From a virus (Duplodnaviria; Heunggongvirae; Uroviricota; Caudoviricetes), in IMG/VR virus record IMGVR_UViG_3300031088_000793: a DNA stretch of 64,000 bases. The stretch is one strand, 5' to 3'. The notes under the pieces were generated by a model, which had not been told where the DNA came from, did not search any database, and saw nothing but the letters and a program-made list of their open reading frames with translations. Numbering within the stretch: position 1 is the first letter of the stretch; each line of letters opens with the position of its first letter. Both the position numbers and the translations under genes were made by a program. Below are positions 1 through 9,422 of the stretch, one piece after another.

Positions 1-101
1 AGGTGCGCTGCCTGAGGGCCCTCGGCAGTCTCCAGCTCGAAGAAGTGGATGAGGAAGCCCCGGTGGATCGACTTTGAGATCGAGGGGTTGGCGGTGTCCA
101 T
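1..101 (-). CDS. 5' part of a leaderless gene running off the window edge (possible 1-nt frameshift in the G4 run at 84-87)
   Basis: ATG at 101 lies 7 nt after TTGACA-N17-TACCGT; MDT start like other leaderless genes here. Confidence 0.45.
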   Translation of the reverse strand, partial: MDTANPSISKSIHRGFLIHFFELETAEGPQAAH

Positions 102-108
102 GGGGCCA

Positions 109-137
109 ACGGTATACTGCCTTCAGTCTCCTGTCAA
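109..137 (-). promoter_or_regulatory. sigmaA-type promoter, leaderless
   Basis: TTGACA-17-TACCGT-7-ATG. Confidence 0.6.
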
Positions 138-362
138 CAGTGCTACGAGCAGCTGAGTCGATGTGCTCTGAGCTTCGGCATCCTTCGCCTCGGATTTCTT
201 AGCTTCGGCTCTCTTCAGCATGGCGTTCTCTACCTCAGTGATCCGAGAGAGGGCACGCAGGGCGGCGTCGGTCTCACTCTTGGCTCCAGCCGTGGAGAAG
301 ATCAGCATGGCGAAGCCCAAGCTGCCGAGGAAGCTAAGGAGGGGAATGAGGAGGGGATCCAT
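123..362 (-). CDS. small membrane protein
   Basis: 79 aa ORF with N-terminal hydrophobic helix. Confidence 0.6.
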   Translation of the reverse strand: MDPLLIPLLSFLGSLGFAMLIFSTAGAKSETDAALRALSRITEVENAMLKRAEAKKSEAKDAEAQSTSTQLLVALLTGD

Positions 363-419
363 TGCTAACTGCTTTCTATGGCTGTTCGAACGATGCGGGC
401 AGTAGTCTAGTTCTGAGGG

Positions 420-1142
420 CTACTGACTGGGGACGAGGCCGTCGAAGGTCTCTGAGACTTCGACATCCTTCGCCTCCTCTGAGCGAGCGAGGTTTCTCAG
501 CCAGCGCTGGATCACGAAGAGCTTCCGGCCCGGAACGAGCTTGAGGAAAGGGCCCATACCAGCGTAGTGGGGCCGGCAGAGCTTGACGGGCTTCTTGCGG
601 CCCATGATGAAGAGGAACTCGACCTCGTTGGTGCAGTAGCTGTCACCGACACCTACGCAGAGGCTGTCTCCAGGAGCTACCTGGAGCACTCGCTGTCCCG
701 TCGAGACGAAGCCCTCCTCGTACTCAGTGACATCTCCGTAGTGGAGGACCTCGAGGATAACCGCGCCGCGAAGGTGGTAGCCCTCGTCCCGACTGTGGCG
801 CTGGAGGAGCTCGATGGACTTGTAGCTGTGGAAGCCCATGGCGCTGTCGGATACCTGGCTGTCGAGCCAGTAGGTCTTACCCCGGGAAAGGCCGATGAAC
901 CTACCGCTTCGGCTCAGATTGGCGTACTTGTAGCCGATGGGCTCCAGGGGCTTCTGAGGCTTCTGAGGGCTCTTGGCGCTGGGCTCCGCGCTGTGGCTAT
1001 CCCCGCTGCGGATGGTCAGCAAGATCATGGCCGTGACGCTCACGGCCACAGCCAACAGGCCGATGGCTACGAGCACGCTGTTGGCTGCGGCCCAGCTGAG
1101 GACGAGCTCTACCGGATCGCTGGCGCTGGCAAGGGGGATCAT
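420..1142 (-). CDS. membrane-anchored hypothetical protein
   Basis: 240 aa, N-terminal TM segment, coding-like codon usage. Confidence 0.7.
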   Translation of the reverse strand: MIPLASASDPVELVLSWAAANSVLVAIGLLAVAVSVTAMILLTIRSGDSHSAEPSAKSPQKPQKPLEPIGYKYANLSRSGRFIGLSRGKTYWLDSQVSDSAMGFHSYKSIELLQRHSRDEGYHLRGAVILEVLHYGDVTEYEEGFVSTGQRVLQVAPGDSLCVGVGDSYCTNEVEFLFIMGRKKPVKLCRPHYAGMGPFLKLVPGRKLFVIQRWLRNLARSEEAKDVEVSETFDGLVPSQ

Positions 1143-1152
1143 CGGATTGAGC

Positions 1153-1506
1153 TCAGCTTTCCTGGGCCCTGGGGCCGTAGGCCTCGTCGAGGATGGAATC
1201 CATGGTCTCGTAGAAGGCGGTCATGTCCACCTTGACTCCGGTGCCCTCGATCCAGCGGTGGCCGTCCTCCGTGGAGTAGACTCGAAGCGGGTGGATGTAG
1301 ACCTCCTCGTAGATCTCCCCGTCGTCATCGATGAAGTTGTCGCTCCTGAAGGGGATCTCCTCTGCGATGAGGTCGTCTTCGAGGTACATCCGCTTACTCT
1401 CGGCCCAGAGCTCCCGGAAGGTCACCTCAGAGATGGACAGCTCTCGGAGCCCCTTGACCGCGAGTGCCACGATCTCGGGGGATGCGTTGATGTAGATGGT
1501 CTTCAT
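1153..1506 (-). CDS. hypothetical protein (MKTIY paralog 1)
   Basis: Shares MKTIY start, DxDGxxYExV and I(E/S)GT motifs with 1584..1919. Confidence 0.75.
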   Translation of the reverse strand: MKTIYINASPEIVALAVKGLRELSISEVTFRELWAESKRMYLEDDLIAEEIPFRSDNFIDDDGEIYEEVYIHPLRVYSTEDGHRWIEGTGVKVDMTAFYETMDSILDEAYGPRAQES

Positions 1507-1545
1507 GGTCAGTTCCGATCTCAGATGTAGAGCTTAGTCGATTCG

Positions 1546-1574
1546 ATGCTACGCGGGAAGCATCTTGCTGTCAA
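1546..1574 (-). promoter_or_regulatory. sigmaA-type promoter
   Basis: TTGACA-17-TAGCAT. Confidence 0.7.
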
Positions 1575-1583
1575 CTGGCGACA

Positions 1584-1919
1584 TCAGCTCCAGCGAAAGG
1601 CCTCATCAGCGAGCTCGAGGAGCTCTCGAGCGTAGTGGCTGTAGTTGAGCCTGAAGTCGGTGCCAGAGATGTAGGTCTCTCCGTCGATCTTGTAGCTGCT
1701 CAGGATCTGGAAGGTCACAGTCTCATAGCTAATGCCATCTTCGTCCGAGAGATACGGCCCTCCGAAGATCCTACCGATGGGATTCTGCTTCAGGAGCTGG
1801 TCAGTGATGAGGGTGATGGATTCGAGGATTTTGTCCCGGTTGGAGCTCAAATTGAGATACCCAGCTCTGAGCTCGTCCATGGCCTGAGCGTTGGCGGTGT
1901 CAAGGTAGATGGTCTTCAT
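1584..1919 (-). CDS. hypothetical protein (MKTIY paralog 2)
   Basis: Paralog of 1153..1506. Confidence 0.75.
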   Translation of the reverse strand: MKTIYLDTANAQAMDELRAGYLNLSSNRDKILESITLITDQLLKQNPIGRIFGGPYLSDEDGISYETVTFQILSSYKIDGETYISGTDFRLNYSHYARELLELADEAFRWS

Positions 1920-1973
1920 GAGATGCTTCTTTCTTTGGGATGTGCTGCTGTGTGGCAGAAGACTACTGAATGC

Positions 1974-2372
1974 TCAGCGCTCGATGCCGTTGATGTTGCA
2001 GGAGATCTGGTCAGCGTTGCCACTCCAGTCCCGGGCGAGACAGACAGTGGTGCCTCCCTCGAGCTCGAGGAAGACCAGAGTCCAGTCATTCCTGAACTCC
2101 TCCTTGAGCTCAAGGTTGACCTTCGGCGCCTGGCTCCAGTCGCAGATCACTGCGGTGGCGTAGGCATCGGCGTCGGACTCGAAGCAGTTCATCTCTTCGC
2201 CGCTCTGGAAGCCGATCACTGTCCGGCTGTCGAAGAGCTCGCCTCCATAGAGCGGCTTCGTCTCTGTTCCAGCGGGCTCACTGGAGCCACTGCAGGCAGC
2301 GAGGGTCAGAGTGAGTGCTCCGACGACGGCCAGAGTTGAGCTTATCCGGCCGAGCCTCCGTAGGCCGCTCAC
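1974..2372 (-). CDS. putative lipoprotein
   Basis: Basic N-terminus, hydrophobic stretch, lipobox LAAC; paired Cys motifs. Confidence 0.7.
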   Translation of the reverse strand: MSGLRRLGRISSTLAVVGALTLTLAACSGSSEPAGTETKPLYGGELFDSRTVIGFQSGEEMNCFESDADAYATAVICDWSQAPKVNLELKEEFRNDWTLVFLELEGGTTVCLARDWSGNADQISCNINGIER

Positions 2373-2755
2373 AGCGCGCCTCCCCGGTGCTCGCGCAGTC
2401 GTTCGATGGCTCGCTGAGCGTTCTCTAGCTGCCAGCTGCTGGGCTCACAGGGACCGTAGAACTCCTCGACGAGGATACGAGCCTCGGCACCGATGTTCTG
2501 GGGACCGAGAACTCGAGTCGCTCCAGCGATGTAGGCCGCCTCGACCTCCTCAACCGCCCGGGGCGAAGGCTGCAGCCCTCTCAGCACCAGGTTCACATAG
2601 CGCCGAGCCTCGACTCGAAGGCCGTCGAGATCCCTGCCGGCAGCTGCTCGATGGGCTCGCCGAGCCTCGGCTTTGGCGATGACGGACTGAGCGTGGGTCA
2701 CTGTGGCATCGGTGTCCCTGCCGAGGTCATCGTTTGAGCGGTGTCTTGAGCTCAT
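2369..2755 (-). CDS. hypothetical protein
   Basis: Start and stop overlap the neighbouring genes. Confidence 0.65.
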   Translation of the reverse strand: MSSRHRSNDDLGRDTDATVTHAQSVIAKAEARRAHRAAAGRDLDGLRVEARRYVNLVLRGLQPSPRAVEEVEAAYIAGATRVLGPQNIGAEARILVEEFYGPCEPSSWQLENAQRAIERLREHRGGAL

Positions 2756-3423
2756 TAGTACAGTTCCTCACTGGTGATCTCTGAGATCTTGTCGGTGGTC
2801 GAGTCGTAGCTGTAGGAGGTGCCGGGATTGTCACCGTCCACGGTGAAGTCGATGGTGTAGTGCGCCACCGTGCCGCTGATCTCATAGCTGTGGCCCTCAG
2901 CGCCGAAGACCGGCTCTTCCTTCAGCGCGTTGCCCGTGGCGGGATCTTCGTAGACAATGACTCGCTCTTGATCCTCTGAAGCTGTACCGTCGAAGGTTGC
3001 CTCCACAACCGTAGAGCTAGGGAGCCCCTCGGCGGCTTCGTCTAAGATCCCTGAGATAACCGTAGTGTAGGTGCGAGAGTCGACGGCAGTGAGGATGTCA
3101 TCCTGCTGAGCCTCCATGAGGCTGCCCATTAGGAAAACGGACCCGATGCCCGCTCCGATTGCTCCGACTATTGCCAAGGCTGTAAACCCGTTCAGCAGGA
3201 GCTCCTTAGAGACTAGGCTTCTGCTCTCGGCCTCCTCGGTGGGATCGCTGAGCTTCTCACGCTCAGCCAGTTCGCTGGACTTCTTCTTCAGCTCTAGATT
3301 ACTGCCTGCAGACTGAGCATCAGCTACATCCTCGTCGAAGCTGTCGACCTCTGGAGCCTCCGTGACCTCGGGCTCAGGCTCCTTGAAGAGAGTGCTGCGC
3401 CTTTCCTCATCGAAGTCGATCAT
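2755..3423 (-). CDS. single-TM surface protein, family A (1/4)
   Basis: TM helix then GLP..T, Y.DP.TG, E(I/V)SGTV..YTI, YDS.T motifs. Confidence 0.8.
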   Translation of the reverse strand: MIDFDEERRSTLFKEPEPEVTEAPEVDSFDEDVADAQSAGSNLELKKKSSELAEREKLSDPTEEAESRSLVSKELLLNGFTALAIVGAIGAGIGSVFLMGSLMEAQQDDILTAVDSRTYTTVISGILDEAAEGLPSSTVVEATFDGTASEDQERVIVYEDPATGNALKEEPVFGAEGHSYEISGTVAHYTIDFTVDGDNPGTSYSYDSTTDKISEITSEELY

Positions 3424-3917
3424 CGGTTCTCCTCCGTGACGCTGTCAGTCTTCGAGTCGTAGACGAAGCGGTGCTCCTTGCCGCCTACCTCCACGGTCGA
3501 GGTGATGGTGTACCCACCGAGGACGCCGCTCACCTCGTGGCGGTAGCTGTGGGGAAGATCTCGCTCCACGGTGCCCAGGCTATCCCCCGTCTTCGGATCG
3601 ATGTAGCTCACGCTCTGGCCGTCCTGGAGGGAACCCGTGACCACGGTGTCTCGAGGGAGATTCCTGCCGCCCTGGTCCACCTGAGTGGCAACGATCTCGA
3701 GCGTGGTCGGCACATGGGCCAGCCTGTTGGCATTGCCGTTGGCCACGCTGATCCCCACCGAGAGGCCGATGAGAATGAAGAGCACCACCAGGGCCAGGGT
3801 CGCCAGCACGATGGTCCTCATGCGCTTCCCCTTGGCCGGAGCTGCGGGGTCGAGCTTAGCGATGATGGAGCGGGCGTGGGCCACTGTCTCCGGGTAGTCA
3901 CGCTCTCGTTCAGCCAT
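3420..3917 (-). CDS. single-TM surface protein, family A (2/4)
   Basis: Same motifs. Confidence 0.8.
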   Translation of the reverse strand: MAERERDYPETVAHARSIIAKLDPAAPAKGKRMRTIVLATLALVVLFILIGLSVGISVANGNANRLAHVPTTLEIVATQVDQGGRNLPRDTVVTGSLQDGQSVSYIDPKTGDSLGTVERDLPHSYRHEVSGVLGGYTITSTVEVGGKEHRFVYDSKTDSVTEENR

Positions 3918-3950
3918 GGTGCTATCTCCTCTGTCTCAGCCAGCCCTAGG

Positions 3951-4607
3951 CTAGTTGAGCTCCTTCTCTGTGGTCTTTCCGGTGGTTGAGTCGTAGGTGA
4001 GCTGATGCGTCTTGGAGTCGCGCTCGAAGCTGAGCTCGATTGAGTAGTCGTCCACCGTGCCACTGACCTCGTAGCTATAGTAGCTGCCCTGAGAATCGAT
4101 GAGCTCAGAGCGCTGGAGCTGAGAGCTTTCGGGATCAGTGAAGGAGATTGTGCCGCTGCCCTGGAAAGATCCGAAGAGCTCAGTGTCTCCGGGAAGGCCT
4201 TGGGCGGACCGATTCAGGGTCTCGGCTACCTGCCCAATAGCGGGCTCGGCTCCGCCAGCGACGGTTCCTTCGGCGACCCCGGGTAGGACAACGATCCCCA
4301 AGAAGAGAGCCAGCCCCGTGACAGGGAGAGCGGTCAGATTGAAGATGGCGATTGGGCTATCGCTCACATCCTTGAGGAAGCGCTTGGCCCTCTCGATGAG
4401 CCCAGGGGATTTCTCAATCTCCGCTTCGGCGGCCTGAAGAGCTGTTGAGCGCTCGACTCTGACGAGCTCGGCATCAGTAGCCTCGGCTGCCTCACTCTTC
4501 GCAGTGCTGACACTGCCCTCTGGCCCGGCGAGCTCGTCCTCAGGCTCGAGGTAGGGCAGAGGGGCGGCCCGTTCAGTGACCAGGGGCTTAGGCTCTATGT
4601 ACCTCAT
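3951..4607 (-). CDS. single-TM surface protein, family A (3/4)
   Basis: Same motifs. Confidence 0.8.
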   Translation of the reverse strand: MRYIEPKPLVTERAAPLPYLEPEDELAGPEGSVSTAKSEAAEATDAELVRVERSTALQAAEAEIEKSPGLIERAKRFLKDVSDSPIAIFNLTALPVTGLALFLGIVVLPGVAEGTVAGGAEPAIGQVAETLNRSAQGLPGDTELFGSFQGSGTISFTDPESSQLQRSELIDSQGSYYSYEVSGTVDDYSIELSFERDSKTHQLTYDSTTGKTTEKELN

Positions 4608-4612
4608 GGCGC

Positions 4613-5071
4613 TCAGCCCTTCTCTTCCTTGACGGTCTCGCCGGTGGTGGAGTCGTAGGTGAACTGGGCATCCGAGTCGGTGTAGGTGATGGTGTAGTCA
4701 CCCACGGTGCCCTTGACCTCGGAGCTGTACCTAGAGGAGGCTTCGATGGACCGGGTAGCCTTGAGCACTCCGGTCTCGGGATCGTTGTAGGAGACATCCA
4801 TCACGCTGTTGTCGTCGAGGACGCCATACCTCGCAGAGTAGACGCTCTTCAGCAGAGTGCCCTCGGGAAGCCCCTTCGCTTCTGCATCGACCTGAGAGGC
4901 GATGTTCTCGAGGATGGCTGGAGCGTTCTCCCTGTTGGCACTGTCCATGATCTTGCCGAAGACAATGCTGCCTCCCATGGCGAGTGCAACCATGGCGGAG
5001 ACCACCATTATGTTCACCATGGCGCCTGTCCGCCCGGTAGCCTGCCCGCTGTTCTCTGTCGGTGTGCTCAT
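4613..5071 (-). CDS. single-TM surface protein, family A (4/4)
   Basis: Same motifs. Confidence 0.8.
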   Translation of the reverse strand: MSTPTENSGQATGRTGAMVNIMVVSAMVALAMGGSIVFGKIMDSANRENAPAILENIASQVDAEAKGLPEGTLLKSVYSARYGVLDDNSVMDVSYNDPETGVLKATRSIEASSRYSSEVKGTVGDYTITYTDSDAQFTYDSTTGETVKEEKG

Positions 5072-5274
5072 GCCCTCTCGTCTCTCTGCTGTTCTGAGCC
5101 CTCGGGGTCAGTCTCGGTGTCGTGCTGTGCGATGACCTCTAGGATGCGCCCCTTGACGCCTCCCTGGCCAGTCCATGTGACCGCGGGCGTCCTGTCGATG
5201 AGCCGGATGAGCTCCCGGAGGGTAGCTAGATCGGGCTTACCCCGGAACTGAGGCTCCTGCTTGCCGGTGGCCAT
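5068..5274 (-). CDS. hypothetical protein
   Basis: 68 aa, ATGA overlap with the downstream gene. Confidence 0.55.
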   Translation of the reverse strand: MATGKQEPQFRGKPDLATLRELIRLIDRTPAVTWTGQGGVKGRILEVIAQHDTETDPEGSEQQRDERA

Positions 5275-5359
5275 AGGATAGGTCCGTTTCTATGCTCGAA
5301 GTCACTAGTCACTTGTCAGTCGATGCTAACACAGCAAGCCGCTAGCCACAACTCTGAGC

Positions 5360-5800
5360 TCAGCGAGCCTCGTCGTCGAGGGGCAGGAGCTCCCGGTCCC
5401 CAGCGCTGACGAGGAGGATCTTCCCGCCGTCCCGGATCAGGGTGATGGTCTCCTCGGAGTAGCCCTTCCCCTCGGGCTCGGTGAGCACGGTGGAGCCGTA
5501 GCGCTCGAAGCCATCCTCGAGCTCACCGACGGGGTAGTCGAGCTCATCGAGCTGCTCCTTGGTGAGCTCGACGCCGTAGGTCTCCTTGACCTCAGCGAGG
5601 ATCTGCTTGTCCCAGAGGGCGAGGGGAGCGATGGCCGAGGCGAAGATCAGCCCGACTCCGACGATGGCGGCCAGGCCCCGGAGGAAGCCGGTGAGCTTCG
5701 AGCTGAAGAGCCAGTCCACGATTGCCGCGACGATCAGCACGAGGCCGATGATCTGCAGGGTGTAGGACAGGGGAGTGTCTGCGATGCGGATGTAGTCCAT
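5360..5800 (-). CDS. two-TM membrane protein, family B (1/9)
   Basis: MDYI start, 2 TM, YG.ELT...L.YP, FE.YG motifs. Confidence 0.8.
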   Translation of the reverse strand: MDYIRIADTPLSYTLQIIGLVLIVAAIVDWLFSSKLTGFLRGLAAIVGVGLIFASAIAPLALWDKQILAEVKETYGVELTKEQLDELDYPVGELEDGFERYGSTVLTEPEGKGYSEETITLIRDGGKILLVSAGDRELLPLDDEAR

Positions 5801-5830
5801 GGTCTGGTCTCTCTATAGCTGTTCTGTGGG

Positions 5831-6328
5831 CTAGCTCGGGGGAGTGAGCAGGGGGAGGGGCTGAGGAGTTCCAGCACTGTCTGGAGCTGTGAGCATCATC
5901 TGAGCACCGTCCCAGTGGAGAGTGACCTTCCGGTCCTCCACGCCGGCCTCCGTGGGGAACTGCAGGGTGGCGGTGCCGTAGTCCAGAGGGGTGAGCTCCT
6001 CAGGCTCCTCCGAGGGGTAGCTCAGTGCGACGAATTGGTCCGGAGTGAGCTGAACGCCGTAGCTCTCGGAGATCGAGGCGGTGAGCGTTTCCTTCCAGGG
6101 CGTGTAGCCAGCTTCGGGATTCTCCTCGCTGATCAGCACCACGCTCCCCACCACGGTGAGGAATCCCAGCGCGGCGCCCGTGCTGAAGATCGCCTTCTTC
6201 CAGGGGCTGTCCTGTCCCTTGGTCAGGGCGAGGAGCGCCATGAGTCCTCCCACCAGCGAGCCGAGGGGGAAGAGCCACATGGCCAGCTGAAGCTGCTCTG
6301 CGCCGCTCTGGATTGGGATGTAGTCCAT
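5831..6328 (-). CDS. two-TM membrane protein, family B (2/9)
   Basis: Start refined to MDYIP; family motifs. Confidence 0.8.
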   Translation of the reverse strand: MDYIPIQSGAEQLQLAMWLFPLGSLVGGLMALLALTKGQDSPWKKAIFSTGAALGFLTVVGSVVLISEENPEAGYTPWKETLTASISESYGVQLTPDQFVALSYPSEEPEELTPLDYGTATLQFPTEAGVEDRKVTLHWDGAQMMLTAPDSAGTPQPLPLLTPPS

Positions 6329-6456
6329 GGATCTCTGGGCCGTTCTGCTTACTCTAGCCACTCGAGGTGGCTCCGGTCTCGACCTGTCTGAACGCAGGCT
6401 CCAGTCAACTGTACACGGGAATCCCCCGGATGGTCAACTTCAACCCAGAGCTGCTG

Positions 6457-6975
6457 TCAGCTGCGACCCGCGAGGGGAAGGATCTCTCCGTCGATCCCGG
6501 CAGCCGAGAGCGCCATGCTGTCGCCTGTCCAGATGAGGAAGAGCTCCCGGCGGACGATCTTTCCATCTCCATCCTGCACTGCGCTCAGAGTCGAGCCGTA
6601 GCTCTCGAAGTCGCCGCTGGGCCGATCCTCGGGATAGTTGAGCTCGGCGAGCTGGTCAGTGGTGAGCTCGAAGCCGTAGCTCTTCTGAATCGCCTGGCCC
6701 AGAGACTCGCTCCGAGCGTCGGCCGAGAGCTGTGAGCTCACAGCGAAGGCCACTACGGCGGCGAGGGGACCCAGGATAGCGAGCCAGAAGCCGAAGGCTC
6801 CAGCAGCACTGATACCTCGACTCCCCTCGAAGTTCTCCAGGGGCACGCCGGCTCTCTTAGCATCCCGGGAGGCTAGGGAGAAGGAGATCACGACGAGGAT
6901 AACGCCGATCAGGAGCAGGGCTGCAGCTCCAATGCCGTAGGCTGTGCCGTCTGTGCTGGCTTCGATGTAGTCCAT
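6457..6975 (-). CDS. two-TM membrane protein, family B (3/9)
   Basis: Family motifs. Confidence 0.8.
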   Translation of the reverse strand: MDYIEASTDGTAYGIGAAALLLIGVILVVISFSLASRDAKRAGVPLENFEGSRGISAAGAFGFWLAILGPLAAVVAFAVSSQLSADARSESLGQAIQKSYGFELTTDQLAELNYPEDRPSGDFESYGSTLSAVQDGDGKIVRRELFLIWTGDSMALSAAGIDGEILPLAGRS

Positions 6976-7198
6976 GGTCGTTCCTATTCTGCGCCGGGCC
7001 GAGGCTAGGCTATGTGGGGATGTCCGCTGATCGACACCATGCTACATAATCCCGATGCAAAAGCGACGGCTGAGTATGTATTGATCTCGTTATGCATTCT
7101 TTATACCAGCACAACTGATTTCATATGTAGCGTTATGACCAATCAGGCTCTTCGGAGCTCTCGAGTCAGCGATTGCTACTCCATCCAAACAGAGGGAG

Positions 7199-7228
7199 AG
7201 CCCGGAGATCAGCGTAGATCTCCGGGCC
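7199..7228. terminator. hairpin, probable terminator
   Basis: GCCCGGAGATC...GATCTCCGGGC inverted repeat downstream of 7248..7739. Confidence 0.5.
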
Positions 7229-7247
7229 CTCGGGTGTTGCTAAGGGA

Positions 7248-7739
7248 TCAGTTCTGAAGCTCCAGAGGCTCGAAATCCTCCCCGTTCTTGGACTGAGCAA
7301 GGATCATCTTGCCATCCTTCCAGACCAGGGAGATCTCTCGCTTCAGGATGCTGTCATCATCTGCGAGCGTGGTCTTGTCGATGGAGCCGAAGGACTCGAA
7401 GTCGCTGGTGGGCCTCTCGCTGGGGTACTCCAGCGCCTCGACCTCATCGGTGCTGAGCTTGAGATCGTAGCTCTCCTCGATGGCGGTCTGAGCCGCCACT
7501 ATCCTGTTGTGGATGGGCTCAACGAACCAGAAGTTGATCGCACTGACGAAGGAAATGACCCCCATGGCGAAGCTAAGCGACATTCCCAGGAAAAGGTAGT
7601 TCCTCTTGGCCGATGGCTCTGCGCCGAGCTTGTCTAGGCCGTTAGCGCAGAATAGCAGAACGGCCACAGAGACCACGATGCCCGCGAGAGATAGCAGCGT
7701 GAGCCCGACGGTCGATGATGAGGTGTCGATGAAGTCCAT
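7248..7739 (-). CDS. two-TM membrane protein, family B (4/9)
   Basis: MDFI start; family motifs. Confidence 0.8.
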   Translation of the reverse strand: MDFIDTSSSTVGLTLLSLAGIVVSVAVLLFCANGLDKLGAEPSAKRNYLFLGMSLSFAMGVISFVSAINFWFVEPIHNRIVAAQTAIEESYDLKLSTDEVEALEYPSERPTSDFESFGSIDKTTLADDDSILKREISLVWKDGKMILAQSKNGEDFEPLELQN

Positions 7740-7826
7740 GATGGTGCTGTTCCTGCTCTGTGCTGTTGAGACGATGATGAGCGCTGTGCTCTTTGAGAAG
7801 TAAAAGGATGAGGCTGCGGAGAGACC

Positions 7827-8090
7827 CTATCGAGCTTCGCTGGACTCGTAGGACCGGGTGCCTTCTTCGCCCATGATGCCCTGGCCGATGAGGGTAGTGA
7901 TGCCCACAGTGCCGATGAAGAGTCCGAGGATGAAGATTCCCGTGCCGAACTCCTGCTTCAGCCGACCCTTGGCCTCGGGGCGCCATCTACTGTCGAGCCT
8001 GTAGCCGAAGACAGCGATGGCCGAGCCGAGCACTATGACGATCACGGGGAGGAGCCATCTGGCCTCTGAGAGGCTACTGAGGATGTCCAT
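7827..8090 (-). CDS. small two-TM membrane protein
   Basis: Two hydrophobic helices; lacks the family B soluble domain. Confidence 0.65.
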   Translation of the reverse strand: MDILSSLSEARWLLPVIVIVLGSAIAVFGYRLDSRWRPEAKGRLKQEFGTGIFILGLFIGTVGITTLIGQGIMGEEGTRSYESSEAR

Positions 8091-8156
8091 TTTCTGCGCT
8101 TTCTTTGAGTTTGATCCTGGTTCATACTCCAGGTCTAAGGCCGTTGGAGGCTGAGC

Positions 8157-8630
8157 TCAGTCCTGCCGAGTCAGAGGCTTGAAGGCCTCGCCGTCGGAGG
8201 ACGAGGCCAGGACCATGCGGTCCCTGTCCCAGAGGAGCTGCACATCGACCCTGGAGTAGCTCTCGCCATCTCGGATTGTGACACCCTCGGCTGTGCCGTA
8301 GGAGACGATGCCACTGGTGGGCTCATCGCTGGGGTAGTCGAGGTAGTAGATGTCATTGCTGTCGAGACTGACGCCGTAGACCCTGGCAGCCTCTGCTTTG
8401 ATGGCCTCTGACCTCTGGCTGTCTGCTGCAAATCCAGCGGCCATGCCTAAAACGACTCCCGCAATGATGAAGACTATAGACCCGACGACGATGGAAGTCT
8501 CCACCCCTGTGTCTCGCTTCCTTCGCGGCAGGAAGAAGTGAGAAAGTATCAGCGCTACGATTCCCAGAAGGACGAGGCTGATGGGCCAGGTCAGTAGGGT
8601 GAAGTGGAAGGGGTTTTCGATGAAGTCCAT
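8157..8630 (-). CDS. two-TM membrane protein, family B (5/9)
   Basis: Start refined to MDFIEN (GAAAGG RBS); family motifs. Confidence 0.8.
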   Translation of the reverse strand: MDFIENPFHFTLLTWPISLVLLGIVALILSHFFLPRRKRDTGVETSIVVGSIVFIIAGVVLGMAAGFAADSQRSEAIKAEAARVYGVSLDSNDIYYLDYPSDEPTSGIVSYGTAEGVTIRDGESYSRVDVQLLWDRDRMVLASSSDGEAFKPLTRQD

Positions 8631-8780
8631 GGGGGACCTTTCGGAGCTGTGGATTGGGAAAGCTGTGGGAGGATGTGGGAGGCTGACTGAGACCTTAGCT
8701 CGATGGGTCGTGGAGTTCATCCGGAGCCCACAGCTACAGCCCTAGGGACAGTGCTGCGGGCTCCCAGAGGGAACTGAGCG

Positions 8781-9329
8781 TCAGCCCTGGGGCGCGGTCT
8801 CGTAGAGAGGCTCGTCGCTGAGCTCAGCGGGCTTCTCGCTGGGCTCTTCGCGGTTCAGAGGCTTCAGAGGTACGAAGCTCTTGCCATCCTCGGACTGAGC
8901 GAGCTCGAAGCGCTCGCCGTTCCAGATCAGCGAGACCTCCTGGCGCTCGAAGCCGTCACCATCGGTTCGCACATTGCGGATAGCGGAGCCGTAGACCTCG
9001 AAGTCCTTCTCGGGCTCGGCCGAGGGGTAGTTGAGCCTCTCGACCTCACGGTCAGTGAGCTTGAGTCCGTAGCGATCCTCGATCTGTTCCTGGATCTTAC
9101 CGTCACGCGCGGCCATTTGGTTCAGGCTCGGGCCTGGACCCTCGACGGTGAGCGCAACGATGCCGCAGGCGAGGGCTGCGGCTGCGACGATGGCGGGAAC
9201 GGGCAAGAACTCACCCTCCCTGAGCATCAGTCCAACGAAAATGATGACGACAGCTGCGCAGAATCCTGCGAAGATGTAGACCGTTAGGTCGGTTGCTGCT
9301 GCGACATCAGCGAAGTCAATGTATCTCAC
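8781..9329 (-). CDS. two-TM membrane protein, family B (6/9)
   Basis: Family motifs; closest to 9423..10043. Confidence 0.8.
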   Translation of the reverse strand: MRYIDFADVAAATDLTVYIFAGFCAAVVIIFVGLMLREGEFLPVPAIVAAAALACGIVALTVEGPGPSLNQMAARDGKIQEQIEDRYGLKLTDREVERLNYPSAEPEKDFEVYGSAIRNVRTDGDGFERQEVSLIWNGERFELAQSEDGKSFVPLKPLNREEPSEKPAELSDEPLYETAPQG

Positions 9330-9422
9330 GGTGATTCCTGTCTGTGGTTGGAGTATTGGAGCATTGCTACTAAATCGTAGGGTGGTGCTAGGTGCTAAAG
9401 TGCCGCTATTCAGCTCAAGGCG

